Part shown: in pieces, positions 34,151 through 46,818 of the stretch
How the letters are laid out: every line of letters begins with the position of its first letter
How positions within the stretch are numbered: position 1 is the first letter of the stretch
NCBI GenBank assembly: GCA_030704615.1
Contig: CM060731.1
Location: 53,816,001 to 53,880,000 of the forward strand
Direction: 5' to 3'
Length of the DNA: 64,000 nucleotides
From: Takakia lepidozioides
Lineage: Eukaryota > Plantae > Bryophyta
Position numbers and translations under genes: made by a program
Notes under the pieces: generated by a model
The model's input: the letters and a program-made list of their open reading frames with translations, nothing else
Databases searched by the model: none
Told to the model about the DNA's origin: nothing

Positions 34151-37100
34151 ATGGCGAATGAGAATGAGCATGAGCAGGATTGTGACAAGGATTGTGAGAA
34201 AGGGGCGTCTGTGCAGACGGCGGGGGTGCTTGACTCCATGGACGATGATCACTCAGCTGAGGCCGGCCATAGAAGCAAAGATGAAGATGAGGTGACGCTC
34301 TGCTCACCCTACGGCTGTGGTTTAACGATATTATTTGTCTGTATGATTGCTGAAACGTGGTGGTAGAACGTGGGGTTTGAGGAACAGTTTGCATCCTCCC
34401 CTCGTTTTTTCCATTGGTAAATTGCTCTTCAAATTCGATTTCTGCTGTAACTCAAAAAAATTTCAAAATTGTGAATGTCATCTTCTTTTTTACCTGCCAT
34501 CCGTTATCGAATTTCGAGTATTAATTCTCATCGCCACTAGAAGATTATGAGTGGATGGAATATTCATGAGGAGAGTGTGAGACTTTACAGGACATAACAG
34601 GATTTGAATTCCGACCTAAAATCGTCACCCGTCACTTTCCGTGTCAAACCTCCAGATTGGGAATTTGTGAATGAATAGCGAGGAGCTTGAAGCTGATGTG
34701 GTGGTGTCCATTTCACATTCCGTTTCGTAAATATATAATACATTGGCAATGATATGGAAGTCAGGCTCAGTGAATTCATGAATTGCCCCATGAACTAGAG
34801 TGTGTACTTCAGATTGTGATCAGCTCCCAACAAGTTTCCAATTCTTTCACATCATGCATGAGCTAGAAAGAAATACCTTAATAGTGGAGTGGTTTTTTAA
34901 ATGAGGTGATGCTTTTGGAAGGGGCTTGCTTGATGTAATCTGGAAGTATGGACAGACTGGGGGGAGCCTGGTGATGGTAGTTGCCCGAATCCTGCTCTCC
35001 TCTCTCTCTTTTCCTTTTGGTCTTTCTTTCTATTTCTTCTCACCGGGCCTTGTTCATTCTCCTCCCTGCCTTCCCTTTCCATTTTGTCTGAACATGTCAG
35101 GGTTTTTGATCCAAACGCGCAGGAGGCCCTTGCACGTATGGAGGAAATGAAGAAATCAGCAGAGGCTAAGCGATCCTTGCGCCAAGCTAATTTGGCTCCC
35201 GAAAGACCTGGTCTCTCAATTTCTCCCTCTCTTGTGCTTCCCCTGTACGGTTAGGGTGTGTTTTTTTCTTCTTTCCATGTTGTTGTACTGTGTTGCCGTG
35301 TCTCTGGACGTACTAAATCTCTTTTTGCCCTCCTTGCTATCTCCACTTGATGTATTCTGAAGTAGGTCTGGGTTTGTCCTATCATGTCGCATGTGCCCTC
35401 ATGGCCGTTGTCTTTCTTTCTTTCTGTCCTCTTTCTCTGTTTCTGTGTCTTTTTCTGTCCCTATTTATTCCAAGGTAAATCCGATTACGGAGTGTTTGTT
35501 CCCTTTTGTTCCGCCCAAACTAGGCACAGGGTCTATGGCCACAAGGCCACAGCAAACAACGTCCCATGAGTACATTCGTTTTTTGTCCCTGCATGTATGT
35601 CTATAGTATCGGACTTACCCTAATGTGAGGGAACCCCACCCCAGCTTGGAAAGGATATTGTCCCTACGGAGTCTACTCACAAGGGGAGGTGGTGGCCGAT
35701 GACTACGGGAAATGGTAACTCTGTTACATTTAGTACACGGTCTCTTACTCTTTTGTTGGGTCCTCATTTCTTTTTTGGAATGAATCTCTATTCACTCGGA
35801 GATATGCTTTAGTAGAAGACAGAGCACATCTCAAATATCTTTTGAGGGCTGTATGCTACTTACAGTTGTGTGCAAATGAGGCAGTATTCCAGTTTGGAGG
35901 AGCGCATTTCTATTCAGGTAATAAACTGACCTTGTGATCATGTCTTTACCTGGGTGGGGTTCAGATGCTAGCTTTTTCAAAACTCTTGACTCAAGCATCA
36001 AACGCAACACAGCTGTGATAAAGAAGCTGAAGCAAGTAAATGAGGAGCAAAGAGAAGGGTTACTGGAGGACTTGCGGGCTGTGAACCTTAGCAAGTTTGT
36101 CAGTGAGGCAGTCACTTCAATTTTGGATGCAAAATTGAAAAGCTCTGATATCAATTCAGCTGTACAGGTATTCGTAGTCTATGTTTAGTCTGTGTCTAGT
36201 TTGTGGATAGTATTTCGTGATCAGGAAGGTTATGATTGTTTGCTTGGTATTACATGCCACATAGTGTAGAAGAACACGTGGCGTTTCATTTGTCCCCAAC
36301 CCTCTCTTTCTCACACACACACAGGCACTCGGCTGGCAGGTGGAATTTTTGAGTGATACTGGTGGCATTGATTATTGTAACTGGACTGCATCTCATGACA
36401 ATCTGAAGTGCTAATTTCCTAATTTAGACCAGCCAGAAATATAATTGATCTTGCAAATGGGATACCAATGTACTGCAAATATTATGACATTCATACAATG
36501 GAAAAAAATGAAAACTTAGGCCATTTGTTGAAGGCCCCACTCTCTTTCTTGTATCCTGCTTTCTCTTGTCCCAAAAGCTGCTTGAGGTACTTTACATCAC
36601 GTTTTGATTCATGATGATTGATAAGATCTGTCTGTGTGTGGAGCCAGGTGTGCTCCCTACTGCACCAAAGATACAAAGACTTTGCTCCCACCCTCCTACA
36701 AGGGCTACTCAAGATGTTTTTCCCTGGAAAGACAGGTGATGAGGTTGATGCAGACCGGAGCTCGCGGGCCATGAGAAAGCGCAGCACACTCAGGCTTTTG
36801 ATGGAGCTCTACTTCTGTGGAGTGTTTGAAGATGCTGGGATTTTTGTTAGCATTATAAAGGATTTGACAAGTAGTGAGCATATGCGGGACAGGGAGACTA
36901 CTCAAACTAATCTGTCTTTGCTGGTCAGCTTTGCAAGACAGGGCCGGGGTCTCCTTGGCCTTCCCTTCTCTGGGCAAGATTTGCAAGAGGTATGTTTAAA
37001 CACAAGACAAACGCAGTTTCAATTCTTGAAGCATTTTAAGGGATGTGTATGTCTCTATCTCTCTCTCCTCAAGTCATCCTGGTGTGTGTCGGGACTGAGC

Positions 37101-40100
37101 CTTGGCTAATTGGTTATAAGATGTGAAAAGGTCTGCAAAGACGAAGCAGAGGTATGCAAAGTTACCAGCCACCTTTTGGAGCCAATCAGATGTTTGTGAA
37201 GTTGTTTTTGGTGAAAGCAGTTGGTTGTTGATGTTTATGCAGCTGTATAAGGAGCTCAGTGTGACTGCAGAGCAGAAGAAGCTTCTGCGCAAGCTGTTTC
37301 AATCCTACTTTGATGCAGTGGTTGATCTTCTCCAGTCAGACCATGCAGTAAGATTAGTTCATTCCCTCACGGTTGTGGCATCCCTTCCTCCTCGCAAGTA
37401 CCAGTTTATAGGAACCAAGCAGTAAATTGAGCATTACCGTACTAACTTCTGCATCCCCACAGAGGGGTCAGACCTTCAACATTTCAATGTCACCCACTTA
37501 CAAACTTTGTCTCTTCCAACGTATGATGCCTTGTATTCTTTTTCAGCTTTTATTTCTCTACACGCCTTGTGGCAGAGGCCGATCTCCTTTCTTGCGAAGG
37601 TTTCCAAGGATTTTGTTCTAGTGTTAGCAATCAATAGCAAAAACTTCTCCACCAATGACCGGAGTATGCTGAAAAGTACCTTTCTGATTGCTCTTCTAAT
37701 CTTTGTTTTATGATCCACGTCCCTAACTCGATTTCGTTTTTTTGCGTTACTTATCCCATTTTTCAAAGAGTTTACATCTGCGTTATAAAAGATGACTATT
37801 TCTTGCTATATATATGTGCCGTAAAGGGCCCATCCCCAAAAAAGGGCAGGAGCCGAAAGGTGGTGGCTCTTAGTTTTGCCAGCTGCAGCTGGAGTCCTCT
37901 CTCTCTCTCTCTCTCTATGTCCTAGGCTACGGCAAACAACGTCTTATGAGTACAATCTCTCTATGTCCTGCTCAAACTGGGCGCGGGGTCAATGGCCACA
38001 AGGCTACGACAAACAACGTCTTATGAGTACATTCTCTCTCACTAGGTGCCATGATCACTAAGTAGGTGTCAACATGAAGATACCTCATATAACTCTGTGC
38101 TTTGCTTGAAAAATACACTTTGCTCTTTTTAGAGGGTTGTTCAAGTTTCTTAGAAAATTTTCAGTTTCTTTGAGAAACATGACGTTGCTACTTAGATGCA
38201 GGTTATCATGCTCAATGAGAAGCTTGAATGGGTCTGTTTATTGTGATAGGCATTGCGTCAACTGGAACAAGAGAATGCACGCATGCTGAATGCCAAGGGG
38301 GAGCTTAGTGAAGACAATGCAGCCGCTTATGAAAAACTGCGCAAGTCCTATGAACATCTCTTCCGCAACATATCATCGTAAGTAGCTTGTACCCAGTGGT
38401 TCTTACCTGCTTGCAGCTTGACCCTGTCCCTGTTGTCATGGAGCGGAACAGAGGGAAGTAAAATTGTGTACTGTGCACAGGTTGGCAGAAGCTATGGACT
38501 TGCCGACCCCTGTAATGCCTGAAGATGGTCATACTACCCGGGTCACATCAGGAGATGATGGGACATCACTGTCTGTGGGGAAGGAGCCCACTGCACCAGA
38601 ACCTATTTGGGACGATGAGGACACCCGTTCTTTCTATGAGAGCCTCCCTGATTTACGGTACATGGTTTCCTTCTGCCTCATTGTGCTACAGTTGATTGAT
38701 GTCTGGAAGAGAGAGTATCGTGAGGCTGGAGCAGCTTGAGAAGGGGGTTTGCTATGTCCACAGGAGGCCACAAGGGCACACTAGACAGTATATTAGACTT
38801 GACTTTCCAGCCTTGTGTAGACATTCTGCTCACTGACCTGCAGGGAGGAAGGTAGGGAAGAACTCTACGATTAAAATTGTTGTACTTGGCATCAAATGCT
38901 AAGCAATCTTCCATGACTTGCAGAGCATTTGTGCCAGCAGTATTACTAGGAGAAACTGAGCCAAAGACTGGAGAGACTTCACACAAAGCCTCTGATCAAG
39001 TGGTAAGTCTCAAGATGCTCGATTTCAACGTCACTCTTTACGTGATCAAGTTTGTTGCTTTCTATGGGTTCTTCTAAAAGACCCTAGAGGTAATCCCTCA
39101 TGGATTAGTGAAAGAGTGTACTAAGTATACTTCACTTTGGTGGAGCTGTGGCCAAATGCTGTATACTGGTTTTTAGATGCAGAAACCCATAATTGGGTGA
39201 TTTGTTGCTTTGGTGATCCTGATTGTGTTCTCCACCCCTCACTGCTGTTTACATCAGTTTGTATTAAGAAATTGTGGATGATGACCATGCTATTATTCTG
39301 TATCTCCTGTGTGAGAGTTTGGGTGAAACATTTCACAGAGGCATTTCTCTCCTCAAAGAGCTAGGAGACCTCAATGTGTGGAAAAGGACAGATTATGAAT
39401 CTTTCTGTTGACCATTCCCTGTGAGCATGGCCTATGATGTTCCATTTGAGGAACAGTCCTTGTTACATCCTCCTCCATGATGAAGCAGGTTTTTTTCATA
39501 CAACAGGGTGTAGTATTTGAGACAGCTGGAAACATACAGAGAGAGTATGTGATGGCAGATACAGTGCCATTGTCTTGATCTGTCAGACATGACTGTGTAT
39601 TGATCCACCTGTCACCTGTCTATTTACTTTCCATGCAAGTTTTGCATTTCACAATGATCTTCCCTGATGACAGGAGCCTGAACCAGCTCTTGGGACAATC
39701 ACAGAATCACAAGAGCTAGGGCCAGAGTCAGACAGTCAGATTCTGGATACAGTGGTTGCCATGGCAGAAGAAAAAAGCACCTTTGCACTGGAGAAATCTA
39801 GAGAGAAAGACAGAGAAGAAAGGGACCGTGGGAAAGAGGCAGAGAAGGAAAAGTGGAAAGAGAAGGATGGTGAGAAAAAGGGGGAAAAGGAAGTCGAAAA
39901 GGAGAAAGTGAAAGGGGCAGAGGGCGCCAGTCTTGACAGTTTGCTGCAACGACTCCCTGGGTGTGTGAGTCGGGACCTAATTGACCAACTAACGGTACAA
40001 TTTAACGTGACCCCTGTCTCAATACTGATGGGCTGTTCATTCTGCTGCCACTCTTGCAGGGAAGAAAGAAGTGGAAAGGGTCGGGAATGTTGTGCTTTAG

Positions 40101-43100
40101 TTTAATGCCCTAGTTTGTGATAAGACTTCCTTTCAAGTACAAGCACTCCTTTTGTCAAGTGGGTATTATTTCATTGTCACAGCAGGAGGTATAACTCCAA
40201 TCAGGCATGCAGGACTGAGTTTCTCAATGTAGTTGGCCGTGCTTTGCCTTTGTACAGGTAGATTTCTGCTATCTGAATTCAAAGAACAGCCGCAAGAAGC
40301 TGGTTCGCACTCTGTTTAACGTCCCCCGCACCTCCTTGGAGCTTTTGCCATACTATTCACGGATGGTCGCAACCCTCTCCACTTGTATGAAGGATGTTGC
40401 TCCAATGATTCTCCAGTTGCTGGAAGAGGAGTTCAATTTCTTGATGAATAAAAAGGTTTACTCCTTTGGCATTTCCTTGTTTGGTGTTTTGATACGCAAA
40501 GTTATAGTAGAATTGTGAGACAGCAAGGGTACGTAGGGACTCAGTCTCCCTCCTTTCTCTGTCCCTCTCTCTCTTCATGTCTTGGGTCCGCCCAAACTGG
40601 GCGTGGGGTCTATGGCCACAAGGTTATGGCAAACAACTTCTTATGAGTATATTCTGTTCATGTCTTGTTTGTTTATGTCTGTGCCCTATCTCTGCACCTT
40701 TCTTTGAACTCAGTTTCTGGGATTATGATGGGTTGATAATCAGCATCCACGTCCCCGCTATGAAAGTACCTGTGGTGTGACTTAATGGGCATAGTTTGCG
40801 TTGTAGGACCAAATGAACATTGAGACCAAGATAAGGAACATCAGGTTTCTTGGAGAGCTTGCTAAGTTCAAGGTGGCCCCGCCTGGCCTGATCTTCAGCT
40901 GCTTGAAGGTGGGTAAGCTTAGAAACTGAACTTTCAGGCTTCTTATTGGGCAGAAGTACAGAAAGAGGCGGGAGGATTTATGCAGAATCTGGTCTGAGTT
41001 TTCTGGAGATAGATTGATTTGCAGATGCAACTCTGTTGCTGTTTAAATGTAGTAAGTGATGGCTGTCCAGCCCTTTCTACCCCAACAACTGTTTTGGCGT
41101 GGAGGTTTACTTGATGTATGTCAAGCTATATGCGCGTATAGCTATATGCGCGTGTTAAGTCACTTGTACTGGTGCTGCAGTCATGTCTAGATGACTTCAC
41201 ACACCACAACATCGATGTTGCATGCAACTTGCTAGAAACATGTGGGCGATTTCTGTATCGGTCCACGGAGACAGCCCTTCGCATGGGCAACATGCTTGAG
41301 ATCATTATGCGCCTCAAGAATGTCAAGAATCTGGATGCACGTCACAGTACCCTCGTTGAAAATGCATACTATCAGTGTAAGCCGCCTGAGAGATCTGCTC
41401 GGGTGTCCAAAGTGCGCCCGCCATTACATCAGGTAAGGCAATTCTCATCTTTGTTTGTCTGCCTGTGTAGCTCATTTTGTCTCTCCTTGTGTTATCACTG
41501 TTGCTGTGTTTATCTTGCATCTCCTGGATGAAATGACCTGACACAGAAGTGGGTTCGCCAGTATATTCGGAAGCTTCTGTTCTCAGATCTGGACAAATCT
41601 TCCATCGAGCGAGTGTTGCGACAGTTGAGGAAGCTCCCGTGGAGCGAGTGTGAGGCATACACTTTGAAGTGTTTTATGAAGGTCTACAAGGGAAAATATA
41701 GCCAAGTGCATCTGATTGCTTCTTTAACAGCTGGGCTGAGCCGCTACCATGATGCCTTTGCAGTTGCTGTTGTTGATGAGGTGATGGCTTGTACCATTCC
41801 CCAGTGTTATTTTGAGGCTTCTAAATCTTCTCAGGTTATCTCATGCAGTTCCTAATGTGAGTCTCCGTATGTGTTAGCAGGTTTTGGAAGAAATAAGAAC
41901 GGGACTGGAGATGAATGAGTATGGAATGCAGCAGCGGCGCATTGCATACATGCGTTTCCTGGGGGAGCTTTACAGTTACCGCCTTATTGACTCCCCTGTT
42001 ATCTTTGACACCCTCTACCTTATAATTTTCTTTGGCTATGGAACTCCAGAGGTACGTTTGCAACTCTATCATAGGCTCAAGGTCTTCTCTCACAAAGGTG
42101 GAATAACTTTGAGTTGGACAGCTATAGGACTCATTGAATTTTCGAACAAGCTTAGAGCTTGAATGTCAGCGAGAGAGAAGAGGATTCTATGTGTGGTGGT
42201 AGCATTCTTGTTCTCACACATGCATGGGGCAACATGTCCTTGGAAAATTACTTGTTTTCATTTGGTGAATTGTTTTGGACACAGCAAGAAATGTTGGACC
42301 CTCTGGAGGATTGCTTTCGTCTTCGGATGATGATCACACTCCTTGAGACGTGTGGCCAGTTCTTCGACCGAGGCTCGTCCAAACGCCGGCTTGACAGATT
42401 TTTGCTCTACTTCCAAAGATATGTGCTGAGCAAAGGCGTGATCCCATTGGATGTTGAGTTCGATCTTCAGGTAGATTGGTATCCTCTTTTATCTGTAAAT
42501 TGTACTTTCAGGTTGTACTTTTCAGCAGCTCTCCGTGTCTCACAAAGTCTCTGTCTCTGCTTTGTTTCCTGTAAACATCTGTGCTTTCACAGATCCACTA
42601 AATACATGCACTTTCCGTCTGGCAGGACCTCTTTGCTGACTTGCGGCCAAAAATGGTGCGCTATGCAACATTTGAGGAAGCAAATCAAGCACTTCTTGAG
42701 CTTGAGGAACGTGACCGTAGCTTAGCTGCCTCTGAGAAGGATAGGAATGCGAGACAACAGAATGCAACGCCTCAGGCCAATGGTGAAGTCTTGGGCAACA
42801 GTACAGGCTTTGGTGATGGAAGAGAATTGCAGGGCAATGGGGTGACACCTAATGGAACAGCACCTGTTGAGGACAACGGGACAGGGTTGGGTGATGAAGG
42901 TGAGAGCGACACGGAGACAGAGAGTGGGAGTATGGAAGCTGATGGCCAAGAAGAAGAGGAAGAACTAGAAGAAGATAAATATGCGGATCATGAAGATGAA
43001 GGTATGGGTGCACTATAGAAACAAGCATAATGCCATTTAGATCTATGATCGTTTAAGGTATCCTGTGCCACAAGGTCAAGTTTATAACCACTGGTTGTTG

Positions 43101-44030
43101 GGTGCTCCTCGATTGCCGCTTGACATGAGTTCGTGTGTCTTTTACATATGTAGTTTTAGCATCTGTAACTTTGATTGTGGTGGGTGAAGGCTAGGAGCAT
43201 TGTATGCCCATTTAGGTGTGCCACATGTTGCAGTTGTGATCTGTGGTAGATATCAGTAGTGCACGCCTTGGATGTACTAAGAATCCCTTTGATTTGAGCA
43301 GACCTAACTGACAGATCTGTTGTGATGTCTAGGCAAGCATGCAGCAGGTCTTCATATTCCCTCCTACTTACCCATGTTGTGGAATACAGGTGATGACGAA
43401 TTGGATGTGGAGGAGTTAGAAGGGGGGGAAACGGCAGGATCAGAGGAGGAAGAAAAGGTGAAACTCATGCAAAAGAAGGTGATGGAGACAGATCCCGCTG
43501 AGGAAGCTGAATTTGAGCGTGAGTTTCGGGCACTCATGCAAGAGAGTATTGATTCACGGAAACTGGAGATGCGATCTCGTCCAACTCTTAATATGATGAT
43601 ACCAATGAATCTTTTTGAGGGGTCGAGGGACCATGGCCGTGGGGGAGGTACTGATATAGAGTCTGGGGATGAGGTGGTAGATGATCAAGGGAGTGGTAAT
43701 AGTGTGACTTTTCGGGTGCTTGTGAAAAAGGGACATAAGCAACAGACAAAACAACTCCATATACCACGTGATTGCTCTCTTGTCCAAAGCACAAAGCAGA
43801 AGGAGGCTGCAGAGCTTGAAGAAAAGCAAGACATCAAGAGGCTAGTACTGGAGTACAATGAGAGGGAGGAAGAGGACCGCGCAGGTGCAACACCGCAACC
43901 AATGAACTGGGTGCATCCCTCAGCACCTGGTTCACTGGGTAGAGGACGGGGCGGTTGGGAGGGTGGTGGCCGATTGGGCAATTCCCGGCAAAGGCGTCCT
44001 GTTGCTGCTGGCTATGGTCGCAGGCGCTAA
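34151..44030 (+). CDS. UPF2: Nonsense-mediated decay factor UPF2 (three MIF4G domains, acidic region, UPF1-binding C-terminus), multi-exon
   Basis: Exon peptides EALARMEE..RP, LDSSIKRNTA..KKLK, NLSKFVSEAV, IWDDEDTRSFYESLPDL, LPGCVSRDLID, LPYYSRMVATL, DFTHHNIDVACNLLETCGRFL, FRLRMMITLLETCGQFF, KQDIKRLVLEYNERE. ATG 34151, TAA 44030, GT-AG introns. Confidence 0.95.
35463..35575 (+). mobile_element. LINE 3'-end copy (113 bp) in a UPF2 intron
   Basis: Ends CAAACAACGTCCCATGAGTACAT. Putative 15-bp TSD at 35448-35462 and 35576-35590 (13/15 identical). Confidence 0.85.
37924..38032 (+). mobile_element. Two tandem LINE-tail copies after a (TC)n tract: a 32-bp unit (37924-37955) and a ~65-bp unit
   Basis: The 32-bp unit AGGCTACGGCAAACAACGTCTTATGAGTACAA is flanked by TCTCTCTATGTCCT at 37910-37923 and 37956-37969. 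The second unit ends TTATGAGTACAT followed by TCTCTCTC. Confidence 0.9.
40585..40652 (+). mobile_element. LINE 3'-end copy (68 bp) in a UPF2 intron
   Basis: 15-bp TSD TCT(C/G)TTCATGTCTTG at 40570-40584 and 40653-40667, next to a CT-rich tract. Confidence 0.88.
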
Positions 44031-45659
44031 GCATATGGCAGGTATTGTTCTCCTCCCCTCACATAAACTTACCTTTCGCATGACTTCTCCACTTTTGTTG
44101 TCCCCACAATTTGATTGCTTTGACTGGCGTTATTCGTTTGTGTGTCTTCGTGTTGTGCAATAATTGCCGTGCATTCCACATTTTAGCATGATAACCAAAG
44201 TCAGGTTAAATTAAAACGCATCTTTTATCTTCCCATGTTAGGACCATAAAGTTTTAGATCCCATCCTTCCGGTAAGGAAGGGACATATGTGAGTCACCCC
44301 TTGTCTTTTGTTCTATTGCACCGGCAGATTGCGGAGCTCAAAACAGGTTTAAACTGGCAGTCACCTTGTGAGGAAGATTGCAGTTGCTACAGGGTGACCT
44401 TGGAGCAACAAGTGCTGCTTGCAGTGTCGAGATGCTTGATATCTGGATAGAACCTCTGTTTTGGCGTTCTCTTTCCCAAATCCCATGGTCAGTATTGACT
44501 CTTCTATGAGCATAACCAACCCTTTCTTTCTAAATAAGGTGTTGCCCTTACCTGTAATGTTGATGGCTGTTTGATATCTCCTCTTGCTGGATCTGTGCTC
44601 ATCCCCAACTGAGCTTCCTTTTTGCACCAGTTTTGAGGAAGACTCTTGACTTGTCAGTGTGTGTGTCCAGGCTGATGTTGGAGACTTGTACCATATGAAA
44701 TAGCCTATATCGACACTCTTGGTGAGGAACTGAGGACTGCCACTTGGTCTACACCATGCTGGTTCAGGAACTGTGATATGGTTCATAAACTTGAAAATCG
44801 GCATAGGACTACTCTTTTTGGCTGGGTAAGCCAGTGAGAAGGAAAGTTGTAAAAGATGGACCCTCATTCCAGCACTCTATAGTGAGTTTGCAATTGCGGC
44901 AGTTCAGTCGGGTGTGTGCATTAGATGATGATTGTCTGTTGTCAATATATCATCCTTAGCAATGAAGGATGTGTGTTCAATGGACATTGGACATCTTCCT
45001 ACAAGATCATAAACTCTTATGGCCTGCAGATGTCATTATCCCATTCATATCTAGGGACTCATTCTATGCCCTAGCGTACCAAATCTCTCTGCAACAGATC
45101 TTTGTCCCTAGCAATTACCACTACCAAGTTCGTCTACTTGGAGAACTCAGTATTTACACAACCTAGTAAGTCTCAGATTTGAGTGGCTATCATTTGTTAG
45201 TGGTGAAACACCATATGTAGGTTTGATTTTGTTTGTATGGTGGTTTAATCTGTTTCATACTCATATACAACAGTCTGCTAATTTGTTAAGCAAATGGTGG
45301 CTGCTGCTTGACATGTCTGAACGTATCTTCAAGTCAGGAAAGCAAACTTAACCCTTACTGCCTCGTGTATGGGTTCAAGCTCATTACAACCTTGGTTGCT
45401 AGCTGTGCCGGAGGTTAGTATGGATGAAAATCTAGTCGTTTGTATCTGCACCCACCTGAGCGAGCATGCAAAGAGAGGGAAGAAAGGAAGTGAGCACAAG
45501 GCTATGGCAGAACAGCCTGGTGGCAATGAAGCATGATATCTCTCTCTTTGCCTCCAGCTCTGCGTTGCCCTGTCGACAACATCTGGGGTTGCACACTGCA
45601 GCTTGAGAACGATGCCGCTTGCCCATGCAATTCTTGTCTGTGTAGCCCCCCGATCACCT

Positions 45660-45870
45660 CGTGGGGTGCTGAAGGATGCTGGGTATGTTCCTGACACAAA
45701 CTTTGTATTGGATGATGTGGAGGGAGAGCAAAAGGAACTTTCTCTGTGTCACCACAGTGAGAAACTGGCCATTGCTTTTGGCCTGATGAGAATACCCCCC
45801 AGGATGCCTATCTGCATGATTAAAAACCTTCACTGGTGTTGAATTGTGGGAATTGTGGAGACTCAGCTAC
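45660..45870 (+). pseudogene. Isolated DYW-domain fragment
   Basis: LKDAGYVPDTNFVLDDVEGEQKELSLCHHSEKLAIAFGL..PP.MPI.MIKNL then a stop. No PPR repeats upstream. Confidence 0.85.
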
Positions 45871-45929
45871 AGGTGGGAGTCAGTGAGGTCATTGCTTGCA
45901 GGCAAATGTTGACAGGGAACCTTTAACAA

Positions 45930-46290
45930 CCACAACATCAGTCGCATGCAAGTCCCATTCGGCGGAGCTCAAATCTGCTCTCAAATCTGCTCTTCTCTGC
46001 AAGCCACATAGCAAGCACATCCTTCTCAACAGCCTCCGAAACTGGCCACTCCACAACCGACATCCAACAGTATACGTACAATGTTCTTTGATAGTCACTC
46101 AATGCGAACCCACCCAAACAATGAGAGATCTTCCAGTGACTTAAGTCTGCCAATCTCAGCTGGCAATGTGGTGATCCTGTATTGGGCCAAGAAGAGATGG
46201 CTAAGTTCTTCAATTTGCTGAGCTCGCCAGGTAGTCAAGGCACTTGCAGAGCATGAGGTTGAGCGTGAGAAGTGATTGAACATTAATAAG
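45930..46290 (-). pseudogene. Leucine-rich-repeat gene fragment
   Basis: IEELSHLFLAQYRITTLPAEIGRLKSLEDLSL fits the LRR consensus. Neighbouring sequence is disrupted. Confidence 0.6.
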
Positions 46291-46412
46291 GTGGTGATGT
46301 TCGTGCACCCTACGCCGAAGCGACCCTCCTGCAGATGGATGAATTTATTGTATGGTCCTATAAATCCTGCAGGGTGTTACGTTTCACATAGGCCGCGTGA
46401 GTCACTGAACTG

Positions 46413-46447
46413 CTAGCCTTGTGGCCATAGACCCCAGTGTGGTTTGC
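46413..46447 (-). mobile_element. Small LINE 3'-region fragment lacking the terminus
   Basis: TAGCCTTGTGGCCATAGACCCC is the reverse complement of the conserved GGGGTCTATGGCCACAAGGCTA. Confidence 0.7.
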
Positions 46448-46496
46448 GGTCGATCGGAGGGGTGGAGGAGGCCCTGAGAGAGAGAGAGTCCGGGGA

Positions 46497-46727
46497 GCAC
46501 CATCGACCGACCGTGATCTTCTGTGAAAGGTTTGAGTGTGTGCATACCTGCTGGGACCCGAAAGATGGTGAAATATACCTGAGCAGGGCGAAGCCAGAGG
46601 AAACTTTGGTGGAGGCTCGTAGCGATACTGACGTGAAAATCGTTCGTCAGATTTGGGTATAGGGGCGAAAGAGTAATCGAACCATCTAGCTGGTTCCCTC
46701 CGAAGTTTCCCTCAAGATAGCTGGAGC
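46497..46727 (+). pseudogene. Dispersed fragment of nuclear 26S/28S rRNA (~230 bp)
   Basis: Conserved LSU strings GGGACCCGAAAGATGGTGAA, GAAGCCAGAGGAAAC..TGGTGGAGGC, GGTATAGGGGCGAAAGA.TAATCGAACC, CTGGTTCCCTCCGAAGTTTCCCTCA.GATAGC, with substitutions and a short deletion at normally conserved sites. Confidence 0.95.
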
Positions 46728-46818
46728 AAGTCAGAGAGAGAGGAGCCAGGGAATGAAAGGGAAGCAGATTAAGCGCCGCCACATCAAGCTGCACATCCGG
46801 AAAGGTTGGGGTTCGGTG

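Noticed and set aside
37476-37766. Basic minus-strand ORF in a UPF2 intron, faintly like ribosomal protein S20 (KTKIRRAIRKVL)
   Set aside because: The resemblance is limited to a few basic residues, there is no ATG start and the S20 C-terminal pattern is missing.
44361-44867. 168-aa minus-strand ORF downstream of UPF2
   Set aside because: No recognisable motif or splice structure; likely a chance ORF.
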